From Marsupella aquatica (lineage: Eukaryota > Plantae > Marchantiophyta), in the NCBI GenBank assembly GCA_973895155.1, contig OZ316897.1, forward strand, positions 4,000,211 to 4,064,210: a stretch of 64,000 nt of DNA, in the 5' to 3' direction. The notes beneath the pieces are model-generated. The model had not been told where the DNA came from and did no database searches. It saw only the letters and a program-made list of their open reading frames with translations. Shown here piece by piece: positions 1 through 19,540 of this stretch. Made by a program: the position numbers and the translations under genes. Numbering within the stretch: the first letter of the stretch is position 1; each line of letters begins with the position of its first letter.

Positions 1-615
1 AAACTTTGCTAAGACCCTATATTGGTGAGGGAGGAGACCCACTAAAGGGGGAGAAAAGAAGGGAGAAACCTGAAGCAGACAAACTAGCCAGAATAACCCA
101 AGACACCCCACAACTACAAACTGAATCCCTAAGGAGGAGCAAACTGAAAAGGCTGGTAAAACTCCTGTAGTACGAGCAAACTTGCATGTGGGTGGCCAGT
201 AGGTTTCTGGCTATGAACTTCACACATGACAGGAAAGTATTCACTCAGAATGTTGTGGAGAAACCCCTTGGTCGATCAGGCAGGGTTTATCACATACAAA
301 GTAGAGAACCAAAGGCAAGAGCTGGAAACATTCAGGCCTCATGAGATCCTGCACTATGAAATGAGAAAAAACAAACATCTGCAGGTTCACACAAAGGGAC
401 AAGAGAACATAGAGATTCTTGCAGGCTTCACAAGTAGTATTGGAGGAGAGTTTGAGGAACTTCTAAATCTATTTCTTGCGGACAGTTTTGGGATTATGAA
501 AGGAGCCAATTTGAGGGCTGCATAAATGCAAGTTGGCGTTAACCACAATAGTAGTGTCTACATACCTCTGGACCCTAAAACCAACAGCCTGTTGGCCCTA
601 AGAACAACAGTGAAC

Positions 616-990
616 CCTGAGCCCTCTAGAGTGCTCCACACACCCACTTTCATTTCATGCTAATAATAATACTCCTGAGCCCTCTATAGTGCTCCACACA
701 CCCAGTTACATTTCATGCTACTAATAATACTTTGTCATACCTGCCAAACTATCAGGCTATAGCTGTCTTGTTCAAAAAGTATACGTGAGCCTCATAATGC
801 TACAGACACCCACCATCTTTTGATGCTAATAATAATACTTTGTCATACCTGCCATACTATCAGACTGTAGCTGTCTTGTTCAAAAAAGTATACATGAGCC
901 TCTATAATGCTAGAGACACCTACCATCTTTCGATGCTAATAATAATACTTTGTCATACCTGCCAAACTATCATCCTGTAGCTGTCTTGTC
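616..990. repeat. Local tandem repeat: 58-bp duplication followed by ~109-bp units
   Basis: cctgagccctct at 616 and 674; tttgtcatacctgcc at 731, 839 and 949. Confidence 0.85.
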
Positions 991-3900
991 GATGGAGTAA
1001 AACATGCAAACTATCAGACTTTAGCTGTCTTGTTGAAAGAGTAACAACATGCAAGTTATCACCCTATAGATGTCTTGTTGACAGAGTAACAACTCCAGGA
1101 GATTGAAGACCTCGTCGAGACCAAAGTAAAAAGAGTTACAGCTAGGGAGCTCGAGAGCGTATGTGGCTGACATGCTGGTGTCAAAATATCTTATGACAGT
1201 AAACCCAGTAAAGGGCCAATAGGGTACGCCCACATAGAAACACTGCACTTTAACTATTCCGGAAAAGAGCAAGAGGGCCCACTTTCTCAGTAAGGTTCGG
1301 TTTTGAGCCAATCTCTAATCGACACAGTTAGAATCTATCGAGAACTGAAGGAAGCCTGGAAGCGTCGAGGTTTCCAACGTTTCAAGAGCCAATCATGGCC
1401 CAGCTCTCGATTCGCAAATCTCCGTTTACAGGAGAAGAACGATTCACTCGGATCGGTTTTTTTTGCTCTTTTTGGGCCTTTTCCAGTGTGACCGGTGTCT
1501 TCCACCGGAAGTCCCGAAACAAGGCCCTGGCCTCGTATTCGAAGGTCCAACACATTGGATACAGTTATCTCGAGATGGGGGCCAATTTATTGAAAAGGGC
1601 CAAACAAAATACAATAAAGTAAAAGCAAAAATAGGTACACAAGTTGACGAACACTAAAGTGATTGTTGTTCGAATACAAAGCCCTGTCTAACATGAGCGC
1701 TGGCCTTGTGCCTAATCTGAGCCTTGGGCTTCTGTTCAAATGTCAAAGCTCTTACGAGTACTTAAATTTTCTAAATGTATAAAAATTAAAAAAATAAAGC
1801 CCAAATAGACTGGGGGTTTATAATAAAGCCCAGATAGACCAGGATGTATTTCCAAATCACGTGTTATGGGCTCTTGGCCATTTGCAATCGGTTTTATCTT
1901 CTTGACCGGGTGGTAAGTCACTCCTAATGTACGAATTACTTGGGGGTCCTTCAAAAATTGAAACGTCCTTCCCCATAGTGATCATTTGCACCTCATATTC
2001 AAACTACTTAGAGCTTCCTTCACAAAACTGAAGCATGCTAGTTTATAATATTTGACCATTTTTACACTAATTAAAAATGGAGCAAATTATATGAGAAAAC
2101 CTCAAACTTTGGGAGGTACACTACAGAACATGCTCAAAAAATTTGAGATTAAACAAAACGCCAAAAATTTCCAAATACCTATAGTTGACAGTTGGTTGGG
2201 GTGCCTGGAATAATAACTAAGGATGCCCTACATAAAAGTCAAGCTTCCTTCCAAAAGCAGTTGGTAATCTTTTCCCACATTCCATGGGAATGGGCAGAAC
2301 AAACCCCTCAATTCAATTGGGCCTCATATGATTTTATTTTCTGCAAACTCAATTTTTTAGCCTAGGTTTCAGCATATACCTTTTATAAATTAAAATAACT
2401 TTTGATTACTTTGTCACTAAACATGTTCTAATTCATAATATTGTCATTGTTTTTTCTGTACTTATAAAAATAGCATTATTTTATATACGGATAACAAGTT
2501 TACCAAGGTAACTAGAAGAACTATATATGGAAACCATGATATTTTTATAAATAAAAAAAAAATTGTGGCAGTATTATACATTCAAACATCTTTAGTGACA
2601 ATATAATTAAAAACTATAAATAAAAATGATTCAATTATATATTAGAGAATAGTCATTAAATTTTGTTTATGAAATATGAGTATCTATAGTAAACTAGAAT
2701 CAGACTGGTATCCCAGAATATATACTAACCTAACCCCAGTATGTGGCCTTTTAAATTGTCGATCTCTGACAATGGGTACTAGTGTGCCTCCGCAGGGGCT
2801 AGCCCCCTAGAGGACATTCCAGTCCCACTTGCCGATTTAATTTCGACACTTGATGTGGACCATTAGCTCTTAGCCCCATTATCTAGGAATGATAAGAAAC
2901 TCGGTCCATTTGCGGTGGTTTTAGTGGGTTCCTTTTGATCTTGGTTTTGTCCACTTGAGACCTCTTTTGTTTATTCTTTTGTTTTCTGGCCCTTTCTTGT
3001 ATAAAGTTTGTGTATATTCTTTTTTTAAATTGCAGTCATAAACAAATGTTATGCTAGTATATTACTGAAGGAGAGATAGTGCCTGAAACGCCTTATCCGC
3101 CAGGCTCAACTCTTGCTTTAGAAAATAGGAAGGCCCTGAACAACATTTGTCTCACCTGACCAGATAGTCCCTTAAAATGTCAGTGTGAGAAAATTTTGAT
3201 CCACAAAGGCACTGCAATTCGGCCAAGAAATGACCGTCCAAATTCCTTCAAGACTACAACTCTGCTTGGTTTTAAACTAAACACAGTTCATCCTCATTTG
3301 CGTACGAGCGAATAGATGTAGACAGTCCTCTAATTCTTCTATCCCTAAGAATGTTCTTTGCCCATAGGTGAAAATCAAAATCAAGCAAGCTTAAGGCAGC
3401 GTGTCCGGGGCTTGGCATTCTCTATGACCTGTTCCAGACTCCATCTGCAAGGTACTAGATGGAGTCACCTAGGCTAGAGTGCTTGCAGAGTCTAGTCACT
3501 GTTTCCTGGATGTCTGCTCTCCACTCAACAATGAATCTAAATGCTTATTTTCTCCCAAGATGATGTGCTCGTGATGCTCCTCTCGTCTTGCAAGTTGGTC
3601 ATGAAAATCAGATCCTCATGATGCTCGTCTATTAAGGCAGCTACACAAGTCTGTACGTGTGATCTTATGTAACTCATTTGCTGTTCTCTCCTTTGTTGTC
3701 AGCCTCACACTGTTTTCTCAGATGATCCAGATCACCCTGCCCGTTGACAGAATCAGATACTTGCCTTCATAGCCCTCCAGTGTTTCTAGCTCCTGCGTTG
3801 TTATTAGTGGCACTTGGAGTCTGAATGTTACCAGAGTGATCGAAGGTGGTGCCATAGTCATCTGAAATGTCTCAAAATTGGCAGTCCTATGTTCTTTGCA

Positions 3901-5033
3901 TTGTGGTGATTTCATACCTTTTCATTTCAGGGGCACCCTCGTAAGAGCCTGACTGCCGAATTAAAACTGTCACTTGGTAAAAACTTGAGCAAGTTCATAC
4001 CACCTCAGTGTAAGTGCACCTCATACAAGTATAATCCCACATTCAGTGCACTAGAGGAGCTTCTTCTCTATATTTGTTGTGGAAATTGCAGTTTTTATTG
4101 CAATTCCCTCTATAAGTGACTTGAAGTCTTATCTAGAAGTACAGAGAGAGTACGTGTTGCATTTGTTGACAAGTGCCTGGGATTTTTGGAAGAGTATTAG
4201 TTGCACTAATGCTGGCCCACCAAACACGTTCCATGTTGCATTAGGACCCTTGTCCTTCTGAGACGTTGCACTATCTGCAAACTGTCTCACAAGCCAAACA
4301 AATTCAATGAGGAAATTGTCTATAACTGTGCACTTTGAACATCAAGTTTCTCACTCGGTGTCTCCATGTACATTCCTCAAGCATTTCTGCATCAAATTTG
4401 CAATTTGCAAGTTCTTGTGTACGGAGTGTGGTCAAATTGAGGTAAGTCAAGCGTTATATAGGCAAGGATCTGGTGAGTTGAGTAGTCTCTGGGTTGGACC
4501 ACTCATGATTAGAATTGGGGCTCAAAACTGCAGGAAAGGCCTGTGAGGCGTGCTTTGCACTAAGTTACGGGTAGTTTTGCTAGAGCAGAATGAGACAACT
4601 TTGATGTCACAACACTGCTCCATGTTGGTGCGAGAATTTAATGATACTCACATTTTGGGTTTAAGAGCAATGATCACCTTTCATTTGATCCCGTTCTTGA
4701 ACATATGTATTCAAAGTTTCAAAGCATTTCATTTTGTTTACCTTATAGATGAGCGCAAGTCGTAAGTGCAATCCCCATCTTAGTGCACCTTGGAACTGTC
4801 GTCTCAAGGGGTCGCACTTGTGCAGAGGTCACTGTACCGCATTATTGCTTTTGCTTGGAGCGGGACCCCAAGTCATCGGTCTTGCGAAGTGCAATCGTTT
4901 GAAAGCCTTTTATTCTGTTGCATTATGGATATTTTAATAATGTATTGATATGTGCAAGCTTCATGTAAGTGCACCTTGGTACTATCGTCTCTCGAGGAGT
5001 TGCACTTATGCAGAGGTCACTGTACCACATTAT

Positions 5034-5676
5034 TAGGGGGTCTCAAATATGATGCATGGGCAGTCTCCTGGCAGTCCGGGTTTAGGTTCTGAGGGACCCG
5101 GCCAAAAAATGTGAGATGCTCCCAGAGCTACTCTGCACAATTGTGTCGTGGGAATTTATGGTTTCCTGCTGGCCACTTCCTCTCACCATGTCTTGGCTGT
5201 TACAGGAACCAAAATAATTAGGGCATCTCAATCTCCTATGTTTGCCCTCCGCCCACGGTCAAGGGCATTTTCCCGGATAAAAAGTGACAGACACAAACAT
5301 GTTTGTCCGCACACTTGTGACCACAGACCAAAACTGGTTGTTTAGGGACAAGATTTTTTCTGTGGACCTGAAGGTTTGAAGTGCCCTATTGAACTCAGAA
5401 AATCTGGGAAGTGATCCAACTCACCGGCTTGATGCATTACAGCAGTGGCCCTCTCAGGCTGAAGAGCCAAATGGTTCTCTATTAGGGCGTCTCAATCTTC
5501 TCCTTTTTGCCTCCGGTTGCGGTCTCAATCTTCTCCTTTCTGCTCAGGTCGCGGTCAGCGATAAATTCCCAAGAATAAAGTGGCGGACACACAAAAATGT
5601 GTGTTGAAACACTCCTTACCCGAGTCATTTTTTCTGCAAACTTACAGGTTTGAGACGCCCTATTTGAGGCACCCTG
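5034..5676. mobile_element. Probable MITE / non-autonomous DNA transposon with ~16-bp imperfect TIRs
   Basis: Left end tagggggtctcaaata vs right end tatttgaggcaccctg. Subterminal motif tagggcRtctcaa recurs at ~5219, ~5483 and inverted at ~5650. The paralogous segment at 4782-4872 looks like the empty site. No clear TSD. Confidence 0.45.
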
Positions 5677-6399
5677 TGCTCCCTTGGAACCGACCCCAAG
5701 TTCCTATTATTGCAAGCTTGGAACCGACCCCAAGTTTCTCGTAGCTTTTAGCCTGCCGTCTCTCTCGAGCCTCTCGCCCTCGAGACTGCACACATTGATT
5801 GGACCATACGCACATTTCTGTCACCAGTGTTCAGCGGCAGGCTGCAAGCAGGAAGCAAAGGACTCTCTGTCACGTTTGCGATCGAAGCAATTGGAAACCG
5901 CGGGTGACGAAGGAACTGTCCGGGGCGGGCTGAGGGAATGCGAATCTTGGAACCGGGGAATAACTTGGACGGAGGAGGAGAAGATTGGAGCAGCAGCTAT
6001 CAATTGCGATCATGGTGGATTCGATGTGGAAGGAAGAGGCGGGGGCCCGGCGAACAAGAGCGCGGAATCAGCATGCGAAATGGATATTCGTCTTGGAAAT
6101 AGAAAAGGCAACGGTGGCTTGGCTATGACAGAAGCGGCAGTTCCATGATGTTGATGATGTTGTGAAAGAGGAAGAGGAGAGGAGGGAAGAGACGAGTGAG
6201 GAACTCGGATTTCGGAAAATGCAACACACAACGTAGAGAGCTGCCAGTGTGCTCTTCCATTGTAAAGATAAGGTGTTCTTCGGTCTATTGGGAGCGACAC
6301 GTAAGATTGATAGCGGCAAGGCTCTGAGTAGACGAAGAGCTGATGTCCGATAAGGCGGTCTTCACTAGTCCAATAGACAATTGAGAGAGGGTGAGAGAG

Positions 6400-12828
<6,429 letters not shown>

Positions 12829-13386
12829 AGACTTGCGCTCCTGCTCATGGCAATTAATACAGCAAGCATTTGATCCTAAGCTTGTTGTCGTTACAGGTTG
12901 GAGGCATTCAACAATTAAATGTCGAATAGACACTTTGTGAACAGAACTGCGGCGCGAAAGAGAAATAGGCATACTTCTAATGCCATTTGAACTGCATGAC
13001 AATGTACATTCTAGGAGCGGAAGGGTCACATTCGCAAACTCTGTTTTGGGTCTGTTCAGCTCTGGTGAGTCTGAAATACTTTGGTCCCCTCACCTCTCCT
13101 CTCACCTCCCGTTACGGTTTGCATTTCACGTTGATTAACTAGACGATGCCATCGCAGCAGTGATTTTCTAAGGAAGCCCGTCTGGCTCCAGACAGGAGTC
13201 GTTGTTGTCCTCTATAGTACAGATGAATTCAATTGATCAGGCACCTTGCGCTGGTCAAGAACGACTCTCACTGCCTGGCCTTCCATCCCTTTAGCCAGCT
13301 TAATCATCCCTACCTTGGAGACATTCAATGCACATTGCAAAGTGACAAATATCCCTTGTGAACTGTGAATCGTCAAATGGATGTAA

Positions 13387-13683
13387 GTGGCCCTGATGAA
13401 GCTGCGTGTGCACGTATATTTCGTGTCGCTTGTTAGAGTAAACCATCAAGATGTTGATGTATTTACGAAGATGCAGATTATGGCAAGCCCACTTGGCAAG
13501 CGCCCCTTTCGCTATTTGGGTCTCTTGTTCCATGACTCGTTAAATTGGGAGGAAGTTCGCACTTTGGTTGATGTGGCAACAGCTCATGCTCAAACCAAGA
13601 GCCTGGATAGAACTCTTGGCTACCTCAGCAAGAAGGCACGTGCCCTCGTATGTGCTAGGCCTCACTTCTTTTGTTTTAGTTGA
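13387..13683 (+). pseudogene. Non-LTR (LINE) reverse transcriptase fragment
   Basis: PFRYLGLLFHDSLNW resembles the LINE RT C-terminal F(K/R)YLG...L.W motif; there is no full ORF. Confidence 0.55.
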
Positions 13684-13869
13684 AGTTGAGATGGATGGAT
13701 AATATGTCACCAATTCGATGGTTACTTTGACAGGCAACACAGGGTTTGCATGCTTATGCAAGTTCCTGAGGGCAAACACTGTCCAATCAAGATTCCATCT
13801 TCAAGGTGGGATATTTGTCACCTTGCAATGTGGGGAGTAGTCTGTGATACACTAAGCCCAAGCAAATAC

Positions 13870-14220
13870 GTTTTGATAACTCAACCAGGTTTTGATAACT
13901 CAACCAGATACAGTTCTTGCAGGAGTTCAATAATTCCTACAGCCAACAATCTCAGCGCAGTGATTAGAGCACTAAATCACGGACTGGAGACACCATGTGT
14001 AATTGTTTTATACAGTTCTTGCAGGCGTTCAATAATACCTACAGCCAACAATCTCAGTGCAGTGATTAGAGCACTAAATCACGGACTGCAGACACCATGT
14101 GTAAAATCTCAGTGCAGTGATTAGAGCACTAAATCACGGGCTGCAGACACCATGTGTAAAATCTCAGTGCAGTGATTAGAGCACTAAATCACGGACTGCA
14201 GACACCATGTGTAATTGTTT
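13870..14220. repeat. Compound tandem repeat (19-bp x2, 102-bp x2, 55-bp sub-unit repeated)
   Basis: tacagttcttgcagg at 13909 and 14011; atctcagtgcagtgattagagcactaaatcacgg at 14051, 14106 and 14161. Confidence 0.9.
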
Positions 14221-14742
14221 TGTCCCGTGCATTGACACGGGGTCTCTATGACTCTACTATCACATGTTTTTACCTGTGTATAATTTTCTGTGCATCTTAT
14301 TTTGTCTTCACCAAGATTGATATTCATTTTTTCATTGCAACCTGCACCCTTTGGAAAACTAAAGCAATGATTTGCAAAACTCAGGTATTGAACAAAGTCA
14401 CGACTTGAGTGCTTTTTGTATACTCTGAAGATTTTTCATTGAGTTTGTTTGTTTTTACTCAGAAAAGTTGTATTTGAGTTTGTGTACTCTACATTGAGAA
14501 GGAGATTTTCATAGTCAAGAGTATCTTTCTCACCTCCAAACTTCAATATTTAATCTGTCATAAATTCAATTTACACCCAAATTAACATAAACATGAATGA
14601 AATTATAAGTTTGATTCATGAGTCTTGTTTGTTACAGTTGTTGTTGACCTGGACTGTTATGTGTTATGGTGCTAGGAATTTTGAAAGAGATTTCTCATGA
14701 GGTTGCTTAAATAACAAGAACCCCAGTCTAAAAAGTATTTGC

Positions 14743-14922
14743 CCCATCCCATTTCCAGGCACTTCATGTCTAAAGGGGTTCAACTATAAATAAGCCCAAG
14801 AATACCAGGGAAGCACTCAACAACGGACCTCAAACCCATCCCATTTCCAGGCACTTCATGTCTAAAGGGGTTCAACTATAAATAAGCCCAAGAATACCAG
14901 GGAAGCACTCTACAACGGACCT
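14743..14922. repeat. 92-bp tandem duplication
   Basis: cccatcccatttccaggcacttcatgtc at 14743 and 14835, near identical. Confidence 0.9.
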
Positions 14923-16180
14923 TAACAGAGATTAAAACTGCCAAAATATGATGGACAATTTTGTGCATAAAACTATTCATGACAGGACTAAACTAAAGTT
15001 CAGCCAATTATACCAAGCCAATCAATACAGCCTTGGACTCAAATTATGGGATCACAATAAGCTACACAAATAAGCTTCGACCATATGGTGGTAAATGTTG
15101 TGCATCCATGGTTTATTCTACACTTTTTTCCAGCTTTGGCAAAACTAAAGCTGTGGGGGACCTCCACTTTGTCCATAAAGCTCAGATGGCACTGCCAAAG
15201 CTTGGATGGACTTGCTCAGAACAGTTAAACTGACTCAGATAACACTTTTTACTTGTTTGACTGAAATGTGACGTGTAAATGGTCTTCGTACCATGTGCAG
15301 CCAGTTTCAATCACATTACCAAACGGGTTTTCTCGGTAACTTGACGACTTGACAACCTTGAACCTGAACAACATAAAGACATCATGCCATTACTCATGAT
15401 CACCATGACGTCATGACTACTTTCTCCCCAAGGTAGTCAAAGTCATCAACTGCAATCCACACCCGGTTCCTTTTTCTTTTTGGTGTAAAAGCAACAATTG
15501 CTTTACGCAATCCACCGGGATGGGCCGGGACAATGTCTCAGTCCCCCCGGGCTTTTGTTTCAGCTTTTGCTCTTTTTTATTCTTAGGAGTAAAAGGATAT
15601 ATTGACAGTTTAAGAGAAGTTTTCAGAAAAAAAGTATAAATAGGGCATCTCAAAGCTTTATAGTTATGAAAGATGGCTTTTGGCCATAAACAAAGGCCAC
15701 TGTTTTTGCACAGGGTAAGTGACTTATGGTAGTGACATATGACCAATCTTTATTACAAATACATATAGGGTTTAGGGTTCAGTAGCCCTTAACTTTTTCT
15801 CTCAATCTTAACTATTAAAAGTGAAAGTCCATCAAATTTTGGAGGGAGATAATTGGTAGACCCCAGAATTGAGAAATGTTACTTGAAAGACTCCTTGAGA
15901 TTTTGGGTGCATTCATTCAAGCTCCATAAAATCACTCATTAGGTCCATCAAACAACACATTTCATTGTGGGGTTTCCATCAAGTATATATCTCTAAATTT
16001 TTTAAAATCTGAGGTTTGAGACTCCTTTAAGGTCATTTGTCTAGGTATTATGTTGCTAAGTGAATGAGAAACTGCCACATGACTTTTTAAACTTCTCATT
16101 AAACCTCGAGGATCATAATACTGGTTTGTGCGGTTTGAAAATGTATACATATATGGCAAGGACTGTATGTATTATAGTAT

Positions 16181-16521
16181 TGTTAGGTGTTTTCACTTAG
16201 TCTAGGGTTACGACATGTAACCATAGTTAGGTTAACCATAATCGGAGATGTGGTTAGGTTAACTAAGTTGCACACTATATCCTAAGCAATGATTCTAGGA
16301 TAAGTGGAACTAAGGCTCATTGTTACGGAGCCATTTGAGAGATGAGTAGAGGTTACACTCTGGAGGCTTGATATAGCCAAGGACTTAGAGTTTAGTAAAG
16401 CTCTCTTGTGTGTTCATGTGGACGTAGCCTCAATGAGGTGAATCACGTATTTCTTGTGTTGACTACTTGCATGTTGGATGTGTCATGGGTTTGCCATTGC
16501 GATTGTCGTCTTTGCTTAACA
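16181..16521 (+). mobile_element. Copia solo LTR (341 bp), related to the element B LTR
   Basis: TGTTA...TAACA ends; 5-bp TSD AGTAT at 16176-16180 and 16522-16526; shares ctaagttgcacactatatc and aggctcattgtta...gtaaagctctcttgtgtgttc with the B LTR. Confidence 0.92.
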
Positions 16522-16780
16522 AGTATAAGATAAGCCAATGTTATTACAGCTCCTACTACAAACAAATGCACACTGAAAGTGAAATGCCCCGCATTGAATG
16601 AACCTGGTTGCCTGTTTACCATAATACACATTCAAACTACCATTAAAGTATGATAAGGTCGGGACCGTTAACTATGACCGTATAATGGCTCCCATACACT
16701 TCCCCGTATACGCAGATAATCATACGGTCATCCTTAGGTTACGAGTCATACTCAAATGCCCTGTACGTTTATCTTACACG

Positions 16781-17570
16781 TCATGCGGTGTAAAAGTTGT
16801 CACGATCTACGGGTCACGGGCTTGGTCCATGGGAGGGACCTCACCCATCATGAGGTGTAAAAGTTGTCATGGTCCATGAGTCACAGGCTCAGTCCATGGG
16901 AGAGAGTTGACCCGTCATGAGGTGTAAAAGTTATCACGGTCCATGGGTCACGGGCTTGGCCAATGGGAGAGACTGACCCGTCATGAGGTGTAAAACTTGT
17001 CACTGTCCATGGGTCACAGCAGTCACGGGAATAAACGTCATGAGGTGTAAAACTTGTCACGGTCTACTGGTCACAGGCTTGGTCCATGGGAGAGACCTCA
17101 CCCATCATGAGGTGTAAACATTGTCACTGTCCATTGGTCAGGGGCTCCTCCACGGGAGAAAGCTTACCCATCATGAGGTGTAAACATTGTCACTGTCCAT
17201 GGGTCAGGGGCTCCTCCACAGGAGAGAGCTTACCCATCATGAGGTGTAAAGGTTGTCACCGTCCCCTGGGTCACGGCAGTCACAGGAATGTGAATGGGCG
17301 TCATGAGGTGTAAAAGTTGTCACAAGCCATGGGTCACTGCAGTCACAGGAATGGACGTCATGAGGTGTAAAAGTTGTCACGGTCCATGGGTCACTGCAGT
17401 CACGGGAATGAACGTCATGAGGTGTAAAAGTCATGAGGTGTAAAAGTTGTCAAGGTCCATGGGTCACGGCAGTCACGGGAATGGACGTCATGAGGTGGAA
17501 AAAAGTTCGTCACGGTACAAGGGGTCACGGCAGTCACGAGCTTTGGTCCATGGGAGAGACCATGAGGACG
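16781..17570. repeat. Satellite-like array of ~13 units of 57-67 bp
   Basis: Anchor tcatgaggtgtaaa (or a one-base variant) at 16781, 16848, 16915, 16981, 17038, 17105, 17171, 17237, 17301, 17358, 17415, 17431 and 17488. Confidence 0.92.
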
Positions 17571-18274
17571 GGGGAAGCTGCTCGAGAAGCAACGGAGAAA
17601 CGTCAGGCGAAGGAGCGGTAGATTCAGAAGCAGAGGACGAAGGAATGAAATAAATGCGTCGGATGCGGATAGACCGCGAGAAAGGAATGTTTTCTTCGCC
17701 CATAAATGGTCCTGTATCGACAATGCTGGTGTTATTACCAAAGCGGCGCATTGCTTGCTTGCAGCTTCGCCACTGGAACGATTTGGTGGGTCGCGAATTG
17801 TGAATTCTTGCTCTCTGATTTGCTGGTTCGACACTTTTAACGCGATAGATCAGTCTCCAATGGTCTGTTGCAAGCGTTTGTTGATTGAGTTTGTTCGAGC
17901 GAATTGAGTTGTCACGGATTTCAGCTGTTCGGTTCGGTTTTGAGCCGATTTGGTGTTGGTCTAGGCTTTGTTGCTGTCGGACTGCGCGCAACTGTTTTAT
18001 GGTCAGAGAGATAGATTGCTGAAATTCAGCTTCTCTGGCTGAATGATCTTGACATCGATTGCCCGGACAGGTGCTGTGTTCTTGGTGCTGTGGTGCTGAT
18101 TTACTGTTTCTTCGTGGGGAGAAGTCCAGTCGTCCGAGAATTTGAAAGAGGTTGCAGCTTTTCGGGATCAATCTTCCGTGGTGTTGCCATTGACTTCAAG
18201 TTCCGAGGAATTCCGAGGTTTTACTCTAGTCTTGGCATTCTTGGCTTGTACGAGTCAAATTTACCTGCAGAGAA

Positions 18275-18991
18275 ATGGCTTGTCTAGGAATTGCTACCAA
18301 TGCTGTAGTGGGAGGGAGCCCGTTGAATTCGTTGCATACGAGGACCCAGCTTTTATCAGGAGCGCAGGAAATTCGTTTTTCTGCGGCAACGCTGTCGTTG
18401 CCTGATCGTTTAGTCCGTTCAGTCACGAATGGTCGGGCTCGTCGGCGAATATCTGCAAATGCCGGACAATGTGCTGAACGGAATGCCGAAACTGCTGCCA
18501 AGAACATGATCCAGGTAGCCGGCTCTTGCACTTCCGTAGAAAGCGAAATTACTACAGCTTTACCAGCCAATATTGAAAGCAATAAAAACGCAATCGGAGA
18601 CCATCGCCAAGACTTGTTGAGACGAAGCCGGTTAGCAGATTTGCAGGCAAGGGAGGCCTTTGCTACCAGCGGGGATATCACTGAGGCCAACATGGAGAGA
18701 CTGGTCGAGTCGTTATTGCACGAGGAGGGTCAGTCTGCCGAAGATTATCGGCAGCGGGCAATAATGTTTGGCAAGATCACAGAATTCTTCAGCCAAAGGA
18801 AAGCCTACAACGTTGAAAGTCGAGAGAATTCCTGGACGGGTGCTTCGGAAATTGGCGGGACGATGCAAGTCATTCTCGATGTCGTTTTGTCAGAAGAAGG
18901 TCGATCTGCTACGGACTACAAGTGTAGAGCCCAATTATTCGCCAAGTCTGCGGAGGTATTTCCTTTCAACGCGGTTGGTAGGTCGACTTAA
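18275..18991 (+). CDS. Uncharacterised 238-aa protein, probable plastid transit peptide, duplicated C-terminal motif
   Basis: Intact ORF; MA start followed by an S/T/A/R-rich N-terminus; 5'UTR intron acceptor ttacctgcag just upstream (ends 18270); repeats LLHEEGQSAEDYRQRAIMFGK and VLSEEGRSATDYKCRAQLFAK. Confidence 0.75.
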   Translation: MACLGIATNAVVGGSPLNSLHTRTQLLSGAQEIRFSAATLSLPDRLVRSVTNGRARRRISANAGQCAERNAETAAKNMIQVAGSCTSVESEITTALPANIESNKNAIGDHRQDLLRRSRLADLQAREAFATSGDITEANMERLVESLLHEEGQSAEDYRQRAIMFGKITEFFSQRKAYNVESRENSWTGASEIGGTMQVILDVVLSEEGRSATDYKCRAQLFAKSAEVFPFNAVGRST

Positions 18992-19345
18992 AAGCCTTTA
19001 ACCTTAACGGGGTGCGCAGGAGACTTTGCTGAACAACTGAAAATGTAGCCTGATTGCTGATGTTCTGATGGCGCTGCACCAAGTGTAATTTTGAGCTCAT
19101 GGCAGATGCCTAAATTGTGCGGCTATCGCTGTTAAAAAGTCCACGCACATTATCTAACTTACAGGTGTTAATAGCTGTTCTCATGAAAAATTAGCTCCAA
19201 GGGTTTTCAGAACTCTGTCGCAGGAGAGAATCCAGCGTTCCCTTGAGCTGCTCTTGATAAATCTGCGTTGCGACAATTGAGACGGTTTTTATGCTTGCAA
19301 GTCAACAAGAGAGTCACATTGAGCTCCCCCTGATTTAAAGATCCA

Positions 19346-19540
19346 TAGTTGTTACATAGGATGAGTCTTTTGTCGTCCGAAAATAATTAGAGTACGTACG
19401 TTAGTGACATCGAGACTAACTAAGGAACTTCCTCGGTTCCTTGATGTAAAGTTCCCTAGTTGTTACATAGGATGATTCTTTTGTCATCCGAAAATAATTA
19501 GAGTAGGCACGTCAGTGACATCGAGACAAACTAAGGAACT
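19346..19540. repeat. ~111-bp-period duplication
   Basis: tagttgttacataggatga...aaggaactt at 19346 and 19457. Confidence 0.85.

Noticed and set aside
1-525. Degenerate gypsy integrase/chromodomain tail (LLRPY...)
   Set aside because: Only a weak motif at the window edge; cannot be supported.
16781-17570. CRISPR-like array (constant head plus variable tail)
   Set aside because: The tails are two recurring related types, not unique spacers; the context is eukaryotic and there are no cas genes.
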